From Prevotella sp. CAG:279 (GTDB taxonomy: Bacteria > Actinomycetota > Coriobacteriia > Coriobacteriales > Atopobiaceae): DNA of 64,000 nt. Numbering within the stretch: position 1 is the stretch's first letter; every line of letters starts with the position of its first letter. The position numbers and the translations under genes were made by a program. Positions 54,795-64,000 of this stretch are shown here, piece by piece. The notes beneath the pieces were generated by a model. It saw only the letters and a list, made by a program, of their open reading frames with translations. It searched no databases and was not told where the DNA came from. The DNA lies in NCBI GenBank assembly GCA_963653485.1, contig CAVJWS010000001.1, positions 8,040 to 72,039 on the forward strand, written 5' to 3'.

Positions 54795-55574
54795 GTGTCC
54801 CTCAATCCCGTTGGCGGGCGCGGGCAGGCCGCAAGGGCAGCAGCTCCGTCCTTCGGCTCTGTCTCTGGCCAGGCGAATGCCCCCATTCGCCGAAATCACG
54901 CCCATGATTTGACAAAGGGAATGGTAGGCGAAATTTAGGAACACAACTGAACCTGAAAGCATTTTCACAACGGAGCGCCGCACAATTTCGGCTCGGCGAT
55001 TTTTTAGGCAATTTGGGCAAGGAGGGCAAGTAGTCCGCAAATATCACAGTTCGACTACCTGCGATTTAACGAATGCAAAACAAGGGGACTGCTCACCCGC
55101 CAACCAGCGCCTAAATTCTCGCCGAACCTGCAAATGAGGCCATATTCCCCTCCCCTTTACATGGCAAACTGCCGCACGGCAAGGGCCCGCGCCGAGGAAT
55201 CCTCGGGCGCGGGCCCTTTGCGGTCGCCGATGTCTGCGAGAGACGGCTGAACCGTCTGGCCCGCGACCTCCCGCCCCCACGGGAGTTCGCGGACTCGCCC
55301 AACGGGCAGGCTCGCCGGCGGCCAATAGGAAGGTGCAGCTCCTTGGCTGCTTTTACGTGGGTGAATGCGAGCGGTTGCGGGCACGTGCTAGCAAGGCTTC
55401 GCGATTTGGCCACGGGAACCTACCGCGCTCCCGCCCCAACCGTCATCCAAACCACGCGACAAAACGCTATGGCCGCAGCTTAGAAGGCTCGTCTTTGCTC
55501 AACAGGAAACTGAGCTCATAGCGCTTGGCCGCGAGGTTTGGGCGGGGCCAGCGCTCGGCCCCGCCCGGGGTCAC

Positions 55575-57071
55575 CTACTTGGAAAGGCCGCTCTCCTCAG
55601 GCGGGAGGGGCTTCTTCAGAAGCGAGAGGATCAGGCAGCCAACCACGGCGCCGGCGGCGAGGGCCACGAGGTACTGCAGCGGGTTGGTGATGACCGCGAT
55701 GACCCAGGCGCCGCCGTGCGGGGCGGGACTGGCGCAGCCAAAGAGCATGCTCAGGCCACCGGCGGTAGCGGAGCCGGCGATGCAGGCGGGCAGCACGCGC
55801 AGCGGGTCGGAGGCCGCGAACGGAATGGCGCCCTCGGTGATGAAGGAGAGGCCCATGATGTAGTTCACGAGGCCCGCCTTGCGGTCGTTCTCGGTCCAGC
55901 GGTTCTTGAAGAACGTGGTGGAAAGGGCGATGGCCAGGGGCGGGACCATGCCGCCCGCCATGACGGAGGCCATGATCATGTTGCCCTGCAGGGTCTGCTC
56001 GGCGAGCGCGGCGGTGCCAAAGACGTAGGCGGCCTTGTTGATGGGGCCGCCCATGTCGGTGGCCTGCATGCCGGCGCAGATGACGCCCAGAAGCACGATG
56101 CTCGTGCCGGACAGGCCGTTCAGGCCGTTGCTAACCCAGACGTTGATGGCGCCCATGACCGGGTTGAAGGCCATCATGAACAAGCTGGTGAACAGGATGC
56201 CGAAGATGGGATAGATGAGCATGGGCTTGATGCCCTCGAGCGAATCAGGCAGCACCGAGGAGGCCTTCTTGAGAGCGTTCACGATGACGCCAGCGGCAAA
56301 GCCGGCGAGAAGGGCGCCCAAGAAGCCCGCGGAGATGAGCTGGACCTGGGCCTCGGAGTCCATGGCCGTGGTGAGGTAGGCCAGGGTGTAGCCGTTCTTG
56401 GCGATCCAGCCGCCCACGAAGCCGGCGGCAAGGCCAGGCCTGTCGGCGATGGACATGGCGATGAAGCCCGCGAGCACCGGGAGCATGAAGTTGAAGGCCT
56501 GGTTGCCCACGAGGTTGAAGAACGCGGCCACGGGCGTGGAGCTGCCATAGGAGCTCGTACCCATGCCGGCCTGGTCGAGCAAGAACGAGAAGGCCATGAG
56601 GATGCCGCCGCCCACGACGAAGGGCAGCATGTGGGAGACGCCGTTCATGAGGTCCTTGTAGACCCTGCGGCCCAGCCCCTCCTGGCCAGCCGCCGCGGCA
56701 GGCGCGGCCTTGGCGGCCTTCTTGCCCTCGGGCTCGTAGACGGGTGCCTTGCCCTCGAGGATGATGTTGATGAGCTCCTCGGCGTCGTTGATGCCGCGCG
56801 TGACCGGGCACGAATACACGGGCTTGCCAACGAAGCGGTCGAGCTCGACGTTCTTGTCAGCGGCGATGATGACGCCCTTGCAGCCGGCCACCTCCTCGGC
56901 CGTGATGACGTTGTCCGCACCGCCGGAGCCCTGGGTCTCCACCTTGATGGTGACGCCCATCTCCTTGGCCTTCTTGGTGAGGCCCTCGGCCGCCATGAAC
57001 GTGTGGGCTATGCCCGTGGGGCATGCCGTGATCGCCACGACGTCGTAGATCGCGCCTTCCTTCTCTGCCAT
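55575..57071 (-). CDS. Fructose-family PTS EIIBC
   Basis: IIB TACPTGIAHTFMAA...VETQG; IIC LMNGVSHMLPFVVGGG, DMGGPINK, ITEGAIPFAA, PHGG. Confidence 0.93.
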   Translation of the reverse strand: MAEKEGAIYDVVAITACPTGIAHTFMAAEGLTKKAKEMGVTIKVETQGSGGADNVITAEEVAGCKGVIIAADKNVELDRFVGKPVYSCPVTRGINDAEELINIILEGKAPVYEPEGKKAAKAAPAAAAGQEGLGRRVYKDLMNGVSHMLPFVVGGGILMAFSFLLDQAGMGTSSYGSSTPVAAFFNLVGNQAFNFMLPVLAGFIAMSIADRPGLAAGFVGGWIAKNGYTLAYLTTAMDSEAQVQLISAGFLGALLAGFAAGVIVNALKKASSVLPDSLEGIKPMLIYPIFGILFTSLFMMAFNPVMGAINVWVSNGLNGLSGTSIVLLGVICAGMQATDMGGPINKAAYVFGTAALAEQTLQGNMIMASVMAGGMVPPLAIALSTTFFKNRWTENDRKAGLVNYIMGLSFITEGAIPFAASDPLRVLPACIAGSATAGGLSMLFGCASPAPHGGAWVIAVITNPLQYLVALAAGAVVGCLILSLLKKPLPPEESGLSK

Positions 57072-57351
57072 ACCGTCCTCCTTTTGCAAAGCGGTCCCTA
57101 TCCCCTGCGTTCGAGGGGCCTCAAGACACGCGTATTACCTTGTTTGATTTGGCAATAAAGCCGAGCTAGAGCAGCGGGTTAGTGCTGGGGGGTGGCGGGG
57201 TTGCCGGGCTCGGGGTCGCCGCTTGTCGGGCTCCCGCTCCTGGCAGCGCGATCGCCGGGGCATCATATTGCCTTGCTCCCCTGGCGGGCGCCCTGCCCAC
57301 CGCCTCGGCTAGCGCCGCGGCCTTGCGGCCACAACCCCGCCGCTGTCCTAG

Positions 57352-58098
57352 CTAGAGCACCATGACGTTGTCCTGGTGCCGGTATTCATCGGGAACGTCT
57401 CCCGTGGTGATGATGGTCGCGCTTGGGTAGTCGGCGAAGGTGACCGGCGCCACCATGCCGAACTTGCTCGCGTCGGTAAGCACGTAGCGGCGGGCCGCAC
57501 GCGTCATGGAGACGCGCTTGACCTCGGCCTCGTCCACGTCGGGCGTGGTGAAGCCCGCCTGCAGGCTGATGCCGTTGGCGCCCCAGAAGCCGCAGCTGAA
57601 GCTGTAGCGGTGCAGCATCTCGCAGGCATCCGGCCCAACCAGGGCCTCGGTCTCGGCCTTGTAGCCGCCGCCGAGCACCATGAACCTGAGCCCGCGCTCC
57701 TTGAGCCGGCTCGCGTGACCGAGGGAGTCCGTCACGAAGGTCACGCCGTCGATGTGCGGCAAGTGCTCAACCAGCTGCAAGGTGGTGGAACCCGAGTCAA
57801 TGTAGACGAAGGTGTCAGGCTCGATGAGCTCGACGGCCTTGGCCGCGATGAGCCCCTTGTCGGCCGTGTGCAGGTCGCTTCGCTCCGAGATGGTGAGGTC
57901 GCGCGTGATGTGGGCGCGCTCGAGGCTCGTGGCCCCGCCGTGCACCTTGGCCACCCGATGCGCCTTGTCAAGAAGGGCGAGGTCACGCCTGATGGTGGAG
58001 ACGGTGACGCCAAACTCCTCGGCAAGCTCGGGCACGGAAACCGAACCCTTCTGGTGGACGAGCTCGACGATGGCGTTCAGGCGGTCCTCGGCAAACAT
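57352..58098 (-). CDS. DeoR/FruR family transcriptional regulator
   Basis: STIRRDL...VHGGA, IDSGSTT, DASKF. Confidence 0.93.
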   Translation of the reverse strand: MFAEDRLNAIVELVHQKGSVSVPELAEEFGVTVSTIRRDLALLDKAHRVAKVHGGATSLERAHITRDLTISERSDLHTADKGLIAAKAVELIEPDTFVYIDSGSTTLQLVEHLPHIDGVTFVTDSLGHASRLKERGLRFMVLGGGYKAETEALVGPDACEMLHRYSFSCGFWGANGISLQAGFTTPDVDEAEVKRVSMTRAARRYVLTDASKFGMVAPVTFADYPSATIITTGDVPDEYRHQDNVMVL

Positions 58099-58102
58099 GG
58101 CG

Positions 58103-59278
58103 CTACTCCTCCTCGGGGTACACGACTCCCCAACTCGCGCGCAGCTCGGTCATGAGCTCCATGACGTCGGCGGCGTAGTCGATGAGCTTAAGGCGCGCCT
58201 CGTCGCCGGCAACGGCTGCCTCCAGGTCGGCCATCTCGTAGCAGAGCGCATAGGCCTCGGTGCCGGCCGCGACCTGCTCCTTGTGGCCGTCCTCGGTCCA
58301 CACGATGGTGGCGTGGTCGGCGCGCGGGTAGTCGGAAATCTCGATATAGCACTTATCGTACGAGATAACCGCGCGCTTGGGCTGCTTGGAGTGCAAAGAA
58401 AGGCTCAGGATGCCGAGCTGCCCGGCGGCGTTGCGGCAGACCACGCCGCCGGCCACGTCCACGCCGGTCTCGCACACGTTGCCAAGCGAGACCACCTCAG
58501 TGGGCTGGCTGTCCATGGCAAGGCGCATGACGGAGAGCGCGTAGACGCCGATGTCGAGCATGGCGCCGCCGGCCAGCGAGCGATTGTAGAAGCGGTTGGA
58601 GAGATCGCCGTACTCCTTGTAGCTGCCAAAGTTGAGCTGGGCGAGGTTCATGGGACCGAACTCCCCCGCCTTGGCGCGACGGTTGATCTCGGCGTAGAGC
58701 GGCATGTGCAGGACGGTGGTTGCGTCCATGAGCACCACGTTGTGCTCGGCTGCCAGGGCGCGCGCCTCATCTAGCTCGGCGGAATTGAGCGTGATGGCCT
58801 TCTCGCACAGGACGTGCTTGCCGGCGGCGAGGGCGCCGCGCAGGTACGCTATGTGGGTGTTGTGGGGCGTGGTGATGTAGACCGCGTCGATGTCCGGGTC
58901 GGCATAGAGTTCCTCGACCGTCTCATAGACCTTCTCCACGCCGTAGCGCTCGGCAAAGGCGTGGGCCTTGGAGGCCGTGCGGTTGGCGACGCCGGCGAGC
59001 TTGCGGCCGGCGAGCTCCAGGGACTGCGCCATCTGGTTGGCGATGACGCCGCAGCCGATGACCGCCCAGCGAAGCTGGGGCGCCGCGAAGATCTCACTCG
59101 GGAACGGCTGGTCCGCGACGGCCGCAAACGCCGCCCTGGCCGCAGCAGCAGCGTCGAGCGGGGCCGTGGGCTGAACCTGCGCGTCCCGAGGCGCCGCGGG
59201 CTGGGCCGCCGCAGGCTGCGTCTCCGCGGACTGCGAAGCCGTAGGCTGCGCCTGCACGGGCTGGTTAGTATCTGCCAT
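58103..59278 (-). CDS. Gfo/Idh/MocA family oxidoreductase
   Basis: IGCGVIA, YITTPHNTH, GKHVLCEK, GGAMLDIGVY; Ala/Gln/Pro-rich N-terminal extension. Confidence 0.9.
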   Translation of the reverse strand: MADTNQPVQAQPTASQSAETQPAAAQPAAPRDAQVQPTAPLDAAAAARAAFAAVADQPFPSEIFAAPQLRWAVIGCGVIANQMAQSLELAGRKLAGVANRTASKAHAFAERYGVEKVYETVEELYADPDIDAVYITTPHNTHIAYLRGALAAGKHVLCEKAITLNSAELDEARALAAEHNVVLMDATTVLHMPLYAEINRRAKAGEFGPMNLAQLNFGSYKEYGDLSNRFYNRSLAGGAMLDIGVYALSVMRLAMDSQPTEVVSLGNVCETGVDVAGGVVCRNAAGQLGILSLSLHSKQPKRAVISYDKCYIEISDYPRADHATIVWTEDGHKEQVAAGTEAYALCYEMADLEAAVAGDEARLKLIDYAADVMELMTELRASWGVVYPEEE

Positions 59279-59482
59279 GAGGTACTCCCATCTAAGAGCC
59301 ATCTCTTTTGACGAGCCTACTTTCTCACATTCGCGCGCGTTTATGCGCGTCTATGCGCGTTTTCACCCGCAAACGGTAGATTTTCGCGCGCAAACGGCAC
59401 ATGAACACGCACAGACACGCGCAAAGGAGCGCAGCTGAGCCAGAAAACGCGCAAGAGCCATCCCGGGAGCACATGTTCCCAA

Positions 59483-59532
59483 CGTGTACATTCACGCTGA
59501 ATTTTCACCAACTTTCAGCGTGAATGTACACG
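59483..59532. repeat. 19-bp perfect inverted repeat with 12-bp spacer
   Basis: CGTGTACATTCACGCTGAA-TTTTCACCAACT-TTCAGCGTGAATGTACACG. Confidence 0.9.
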
Positions 59533-59624
59533 CAAGGATTCATCGCCAAGCTAGATAATCGATCAAGGATTGAAATACGGGATGCGCACCGTGTGCGAGA
59601 AGTCTTGTAACGAGGGAGAACCTT

Positions 59625-61253
59625 ATGAACCAAGCTGAGATTGTTATCAAGTCGAATGCTGTGTTTACGGGAACGGGGTCGGCGCCGTTCAGGGGTGGAG
59701 TGGCCGTTGCGGGTGGCAAGGTTGTTGCTTGCGGTGACGATCGTCATCTGGCACCGTTCGTTGGGCCAGACACCGAGGTGCGCGACTTTGGCGACGGGCT
59801 CGTCATGCCCGGCTTCATTGACACGCATACGCACTTTGCGCAGGGGGCCATGGCCACCGACCCTGACTTTTGCGTGAACCTCATCGACTGCAACAGCTTC
59901 GAGAAGTGCATGGAGCGCGTGGCGGCCTTTGCCGACGCCCACCCCAACAACGAGTGGGTCCTCGGCGTGCAGGCCATCCAGTTTGAGTGGGATAAGCCGG
60001 AGATGCCCACGGCCGCCGAGATTGACCGCTACATCGCCGACCGCCCGGTGTTCATCCAACAGGTGGAGCTGCACACCTACAGCGCCAACACCTGCGCCCT
60101 GCGCAAGATGGGCATCACGCGGGACACGCCGGACCCCTCGGGCGGCAAGTTCCTCAAGGACGAGAACGGCGAGCCCACGGGCGTCCTCTCCAACAACGCC
60201 GCGAGCGCCTTCCTGCAGGCCATCTACAACCCGCCGCTCGAGCGCGCGAGGGAGTCATTCGAGAAGACCTGCAAGACGGCCCTGAGCCTCGGCATCACCT
60301 CGGTGGGCTCGGTGAACCCCACCTTCGTAGGCCTAGAGGACCCTTACGCCGTCTTTGCCGAACTCAGCCGCGAGGGCAAGTTCCCGCTGCGCATGTTCGT
60401 CTACAGCGACCTGTTTGACCTCGAGATCAAGACGCTCGACGAAATCAAGGAGACCTACAGCTTCCCCGGGAGCACCGTCGAGTGGCGTGGCCTCAAACAG
60501 TTCATCGACGGCGTGTGTTCGGACCACACCGCCTGGATGCTCGAGCCCTACGCCAACGCGCCCTGGACCTGCGGCGAGGCGGCCGAGGACCCCCAGCGCG
60601 TGCGCAGAAACGTCCTCGCCGCCTGCGAGGCCGGCGCCGCCGTGCGTCTGCACGCCATCGGCGACCGCTCGGTCCGCCACGTGCTCGACTGCTTTGAGGA
60701 GGCAGAACGCCTCTATGGCAAGAAAGGGCTGCGCCACTCCATCGAGCACAACGAGACCGTACAGCCCGAGGACATCCCGCGCTACGCCCAACTTGGCATC
60801 AGCCCCGCCATGCAGCCGTGGCACATCCTGCTCGACATGGCAGACCTCGCCAAGGACGACGCCGTGGGGCCTAAGCGCGCCGCGCTCAGCTGGCCGCTTA
60901 AGAGCTTGCTTGCCTCGGGCGCGAACATCCACCTTGGCAGCGACTTCCCGGTGGTGGGCCTGGGGCCCATGGAAGAGCTCTACGCCGCGGTCTGGCGCAT
61001 GCTGCTGGACGGCTCCAACCCGGAGGGATGGTTTCCCGAGGAGCGCATCGACATGGCGGACGCCCTGCGCGCCTACACCTACGGCGCCGCCTATGCCATG
61101 GGCATCGAAGACCGCGTGGGTTCGCTCGCCTGCGGCAAGCAGGCCGACATCTGCGTGCTCAGCCGCAACCTCTTCGAGTGCGGCCCCGCCGAGGTCCTCG
61201 ATACCAAGAACTTGCTCACGATGATCGGCGGCAAGGTTGTCTACGAGGCCTAG
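59625..61253 (+). CDS. YtcJ-like metal-dependent amidohydrolase (Amidohydro_3)
   Basis: PGFIDTHTH, KQFIDG, HAIGD, IEH, GSDFP, GKQAD. Confidence 0.9.
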   Translation: MNQAEIVIKSNAVFTGTGSAPFRGGVAVAGGKVVACGDDRHLAPFVGPDTEVRDFGDGLVMPGFIDTHTHFAQGAMATDPDFCVNLIDCNSFEKCMERVAAFADAHPNNEWVLGVQAIQFEWDKPEMPTAAEIDRYIADRPVFIQQVELHTYSANTCALRKMGITRDTPDPSGGKFLKDENGEPTGVLSNNAASAFLQAIYNPPLERARESFEKTCKTALSLGITSVGSVNPTFVGLEDPYAVFAELSREGKFPLRMFVYSDLFDLEIKTLDEIKETYSFPGSTVEWRGLKQFIDGVCSDHTAWMLEPYANAPWTCGEAAEDPQRVRRNVLAACEAGAAVRLHAIGDRSVRHVLDCFEEAERLYGKKGLRHSIEHNETVQPEDIPRYAQLGISPAMQPWHILLDMADLAKDDAVGPKRAALSWPLKSLLASGANIHLGSDFPVVGLGPMEELYAAVWRMLLDGSNPEGWFPEERIDMADALRAYTYGAAYAMGIEDRVGSLACGKQADICVLSRNLFECGPAEVLDTKNLLTMIGGKVVYEA

Positions 61254-61258
61254 GCGAG

Positions 61259-61798
61259 CTACAGCTCCACGAACATGAAGGGGCTGCCGTGATCTTGGAT
61301 GATGCTCACCAGGTCAGGGGTCTTGAGAAGGACCGAGGCCGTGTTGCTGCAGGGGTGGCAGCCAATCTTGCCCCAGCGCTCAAAGTCCGCGTCGAGGGCC
61401 ACCTGGACGGTGCGGCTCTGGTCGTTGAGGGCGGCGAAGGGCGTGACGGCGCCGGGGTAGATGCCAATCTTCTCGGCAAGGTCATCGGCCGAGGCAAAGC
61501 TCAGGCGCTTGCTGCCCAGGCGCTCCTGCAGCAGCTTGAGGTCCACCGTCTTGTTCTCGGGCACCGTGACCAAGTAGTAGTTGCGATGCTTGGGGTCTCG
61601 TAGGAAGAGGTTCTTGGCCTCGAACTCCGCAAAGGGCAGCTTGGCGCGCGCCTGGGCCTCCTCCACCGTGAAGACCGGTGGATGCTCCACGGCCTGGTAC
61701 TCAACGCCAAGGCGGTCTAGCAGAGCATATATGCTTGCCTTGGTGAGCGCGCCCGCAATGGCGTTGGTGTCTTCCCAAGTCTGTTTCGCTTCGCCCAT
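61259..61798 (-). CDS. YbaK/ProX-family aminoacyl-tRNA editing protein
   Basis: EHPPVFTVEE, KNLFLRD, LSFAS, PGAVTPF, HPCSNTAS. Confidence 0.9.
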   Translation of the reverse strand: MGEAKQTWEDTNAIAGALTKASIYALLDRLGVEYQAVEHPPVFTVEEAQARAKLPFAEFEAKNLFLRDPKHRNYYLVTVPENKTVDLKLLQERLGSKRLSFASADDLAEKIGIYPGAVTPFAALNDQSRTVQVALDADFERWGKIGCHPCSNTASVLLKTPDLVSIIQDHGSPFMFVEL

Positions 61799-61820
61799 AC
61801 GCGCTCCTAGCCCAATCCCA

Positions 61821-63023
61821 TTACCCGTCGAGCTCGACGAGCAAAGCCTCGACCACCTCGACGGCGTCGCCCACCACGGCGTAGTTGGCCGCGCCGAAGA
61901 TGGGGGCGTCCGGGTCCTCGTTGATGGCCACGACGCACTCGGCGCCGTTGATGCCGGCGAGGTGCTGGATGGCGCCCGAGACGCCCACGCTCACCAGCAG
62001 CTCCGGCGCCACGGAGACGCCCGTCTGGCCAACCTGGTGGCGATATTCCAGCCAGCCGGCCTCCACCACGGGGCGCGTGCAGCCAAGCTCGGCACCAAGG
62101 GTGTCCGCCAAGCGCCGCATGAGCTTGAGGTTCTTCTTGGAGCCGATGCCGCGGCCTACCACGACCAGGCGCTTGGCGTCCGTGATGGAAGGCTCGTCGG
62201 AGGGAGTGGCATGCTCCAGCACCTCCACGCGCGGGGCGACGTCGGCCGCAAGCTCCACGTCTACGACCTCGCCGGCGCGCGAGGCGTCCGGCTCGGCGGC
62301 CTTGAAGATGCCCGGGCGAACGGTGGCCATCTGCGGGCGATGCGCGGGGCACATGATGGTGGCCATGAGGTTGCCGCCAAAGGCCGGGCGCGTCTGGTGG
62401 AGAAGGCCCGTCTCCTCGTCGATGGAGAGCACGGTGCAGTCGGCCGTGAGGCCGGTCTGCAGGCGCACGGCCACGCCAGGGGCAAGCTCGCGGCCAAAGT
62501 TCGTGGCGCCGTAGAGGATGATCTCCGGCTTGCTCCCACGCGCGAGGTCGCAGATGAGCCGTGCGTAGCACTCGGCGTCGTTGCCGGCCAGACGCTCGTC
62601 GCGGCAGCGTAGCACGCGGTCGGCACCAGCGGCGATGAGCTGGGAAGCGTTGGCGTCGCTTGCGCCCTCGCCCTCCCCCAGCACGGCCGTCACGTCGCAG
62701 CCGCGGGCAGCGGCCAGCTCTCGGGCGCGCCCAAGCAGCTCAAAGGCCACAGGAGCCACGGCGCTATCAGCCCCGACCTGGGCGAAGACCCAGATGCCAT
62801 GGTAGGAGCCAAGGTCAACGGCGCCGGACGCCTCGCCGCGGTCGATGGAGATGGCGTCCACCGGGCAGGCGTCAACGCAGCTGCCGCAGAACACGCAGTT
62901 GCCGGTGGGCACGGCGCGGCGCTCACGCCTCTCGCCCTCGATGCGCACGCCGTCGTTGGCGCACGCCCTCACGCAGCGGCCGCAGCCGACGCACTTCTCG
63001 GTATCAATCAGAAGGCCTGGCAT
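61821..63023 (-). CDS. etfA: Electron transfer flavoprotein alpha subunit with N-terminal 2x[4Fe-4S] ferredoxin
   Basis: CVGCGRCVRAC, CVFCGSCVDACP, GLTADCT, RPAFGGN, QVGQTG, GVSGAIQH. Confidence 0.94.
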   Translation of the reverse strand: MPGLLIDTEKCVGCGRCVRACANDGVRIEGERRERRAVPTGNCVFCGSCVDACPVDAISIDRGEASGAVDLGSYHGIWVFAQVGADSAVAPVAFELLGRARELAAARGCDVTAVLGEGEGASDANASQLIAAGADRVLRCRDERLAGNDAECYARLICDLARGSKPEIILYGATNFGRELAPGVAVRLQTGLTADCTVLSIDEETGLLHQTRPAFGGNLMATIMCPAHRPQMATVRPGIFKAAEPDASRAGEVVDVELAADVAPRVEVLEHATPSDEPSITDAKRLVVVGRGIGSKKNLKLMRRLADTLGAELGCTRPVVEAGWLEYRHQVGQTGVSVAPELLVSVGVSGAIQHLAGINGAECVVAINEDPDAPIFGAANYAVVGDAVEVVEALLVELDG

Positions 63024-63820
63024 TATTCCATCCCCCTCACAAGCTCGGCGAGGCGCGCGGCCTGCTCGGCCACGGTCCCCTCAACGCGCACGCACTCGTG
63101 GCTCTTCTCGGGCACGAACGAACGGACAACCTGCGTGGGCGAGCCGGTGAGTCCACAGCGCGAGGCATCGGCGCCCGAGGTCTCCGCCGTGAGCACCTCG
63201 ATGGTCGCGGCCTCTCCCGCGCGCACGCCGGCGATGCTCGGCATGCGCAGCTGGGCGGCGTCCTTGGCCACCGTGATGACGCAGGGCAGACAAACGCGCA
63301 CGAGCTCAGAGCCCTCGTCGGAGTCACGGCGGAGGGTGAGCGCGCCGTCCGCGAGGCCCACGACCTCGGTCACGCCGGCCACGCAGGGCACGCCAAAGGC
63401 GCCCGCAAGCTCGGGACCAATCTGGGCGGTGTCGCCGTCCACGGCCATCTTGCCGCAGACGATAAGGTCCGGCTCGGCGGGGAGAGCGGCGATGCCGCAG
63501 GTGAGGGCATAGGCCGTGGCCAGTGTGTCCGCGCCGGCAAAGGCGCGGTCGGAGAGGAGCAGGCCGGCGTCGGCACCGCGCGCCACGCAGTCGCGCAGCA
63601 GTCGCTCGGTTGCCGGGATGCCCATGGAAATGCAGGTCACGTGGGTGTCTTGGCCTGCGGCGGCGCGCTCGTCCTTGATGGCGAGCGCCACCTCGAGCGC
63701 CGTGGCGTCAAAGGGGTTCACCACGGCCTGCTTGCCGTCGCGGACGATGGTGTTGGTCTTGGGGTCCATCTTGACCTCGGTGGTGGAAGGCACGGCCTTC
63801 ACGCAAACGACGACGTTCAC
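63023..63820 (-). CDS. etfB: Electron transfer flavoprotein beta subunit
   Basis: VCVKAVP, NPFD, DRAFAGADTLAT, GKMAVDGDTAQIGP, GSPTQV. Confidence 0.94.
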   Translation of the reverse strand: MNVVVCVKAVPSTTEVKMDPKTNTIVRDGKQAVVNPFDATALEVALAIKDERAAAGQDTHVTCISMGIPATERLLRDCVARGADAGLLLSDRAFAGADTLATAYALTCGIAALPAEPDLIVCGKMAVDGDTAQIGPELAGAFGVPCVAGVTEVVGLADGALTLRRDSDEGSELVRVCLPCVITVAKDAAQLRMPSIAGVRAGEAATIEVLTAETSGADASRCGLTGSPTQVVRSFVPEKSHECVRVEGTVAEQAARLAELVRGME

Positions 63821-63821
63821 C

Positions 63822-64000
63822 CTACTCGCCTCCCTTCTCGAAGCTGTCTTGCGGGACGGAACCGCAGCTCACGGCCGCGCTCGACGCATCCGCAGCGGCG
63901 TCCTCGGCGCCCACCTCGACAAGCGCCGCGGCAAGCACGTCCTCGCCAAAGAGGTTGCCGCGGCCGAGCTGGCCCGCAGGGTCGAGCTGGGCCTTCAGGC
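63822..64000 (-). CDS. C-terminus of a probable FAD-linked oxidase (GlcD/D-lactate dehydrogenase-like), truncated by the window edge
   Basis: Hand translation LKAQLDPAGQLGRGNLFGE..., resembling the KxxxDPxxxxxxGxxF end of FAD-oxidase_C; immediately upstream of etfB. Confidence 0.6.
   Translation of the reverse strand, partial: LKAQLDPAGQLGRGNLFGEDVLAAALVEVGAEDAAADASSAAVSCGSVPQDSFEKGGE

Overview
High-GC chromosomal window, most genes on the minus strand. Gene content and style suggest an anaerobic Coriobacteriia actinobacterium (Atopobiaceae/Olsenella-like); this taxonomy is inferred. 1.6-20 kb is a molybdenum/selenium cofactor island: mogA, a moeA-like gene, MOSC, moaC, moaA, modCBA, xdhC, yqeB/yqeC, a cysteine desulfurase, DUF3343, yedF and a Cys-type selD. 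selD lies in one apparent operon with a double-cubane reductase, its ATP-dependent activase and a Cys-rich ABC importer. ModE-box-like palindromes sit at three promoters of the island. The rest is mostly housekeeping and transport: M20 peptidase, mtnN, feoAAB, a DUF523(TudS)-purine nucleoside phosphorylase fusion, IDH, NYN, DegV, hpf, comF, a stand-alone VanA-like D-Ala ligase, tatD, rsmA, metG, rsmI, a degenerate GH5, MarR plus a heterodimeric ABC exporter, ppdK, an MFS, fructose-family PTS/DeoR, an amidohydrolase, a ProX-type editing protein and etfAB. Best leads: (1) the ABC/double-cubane/SelD selenium-supply module; (2) the orphan ligase with a D-Ala-D-Lac-type omega loop; (3) the TudS-PNP fusion; (4) a ~150-bp structured repeat in two inverted copies around mtnN, showing compensatory base-pair changes. 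No rRNA, tRNA, CRISPR array or transposase was recognised.
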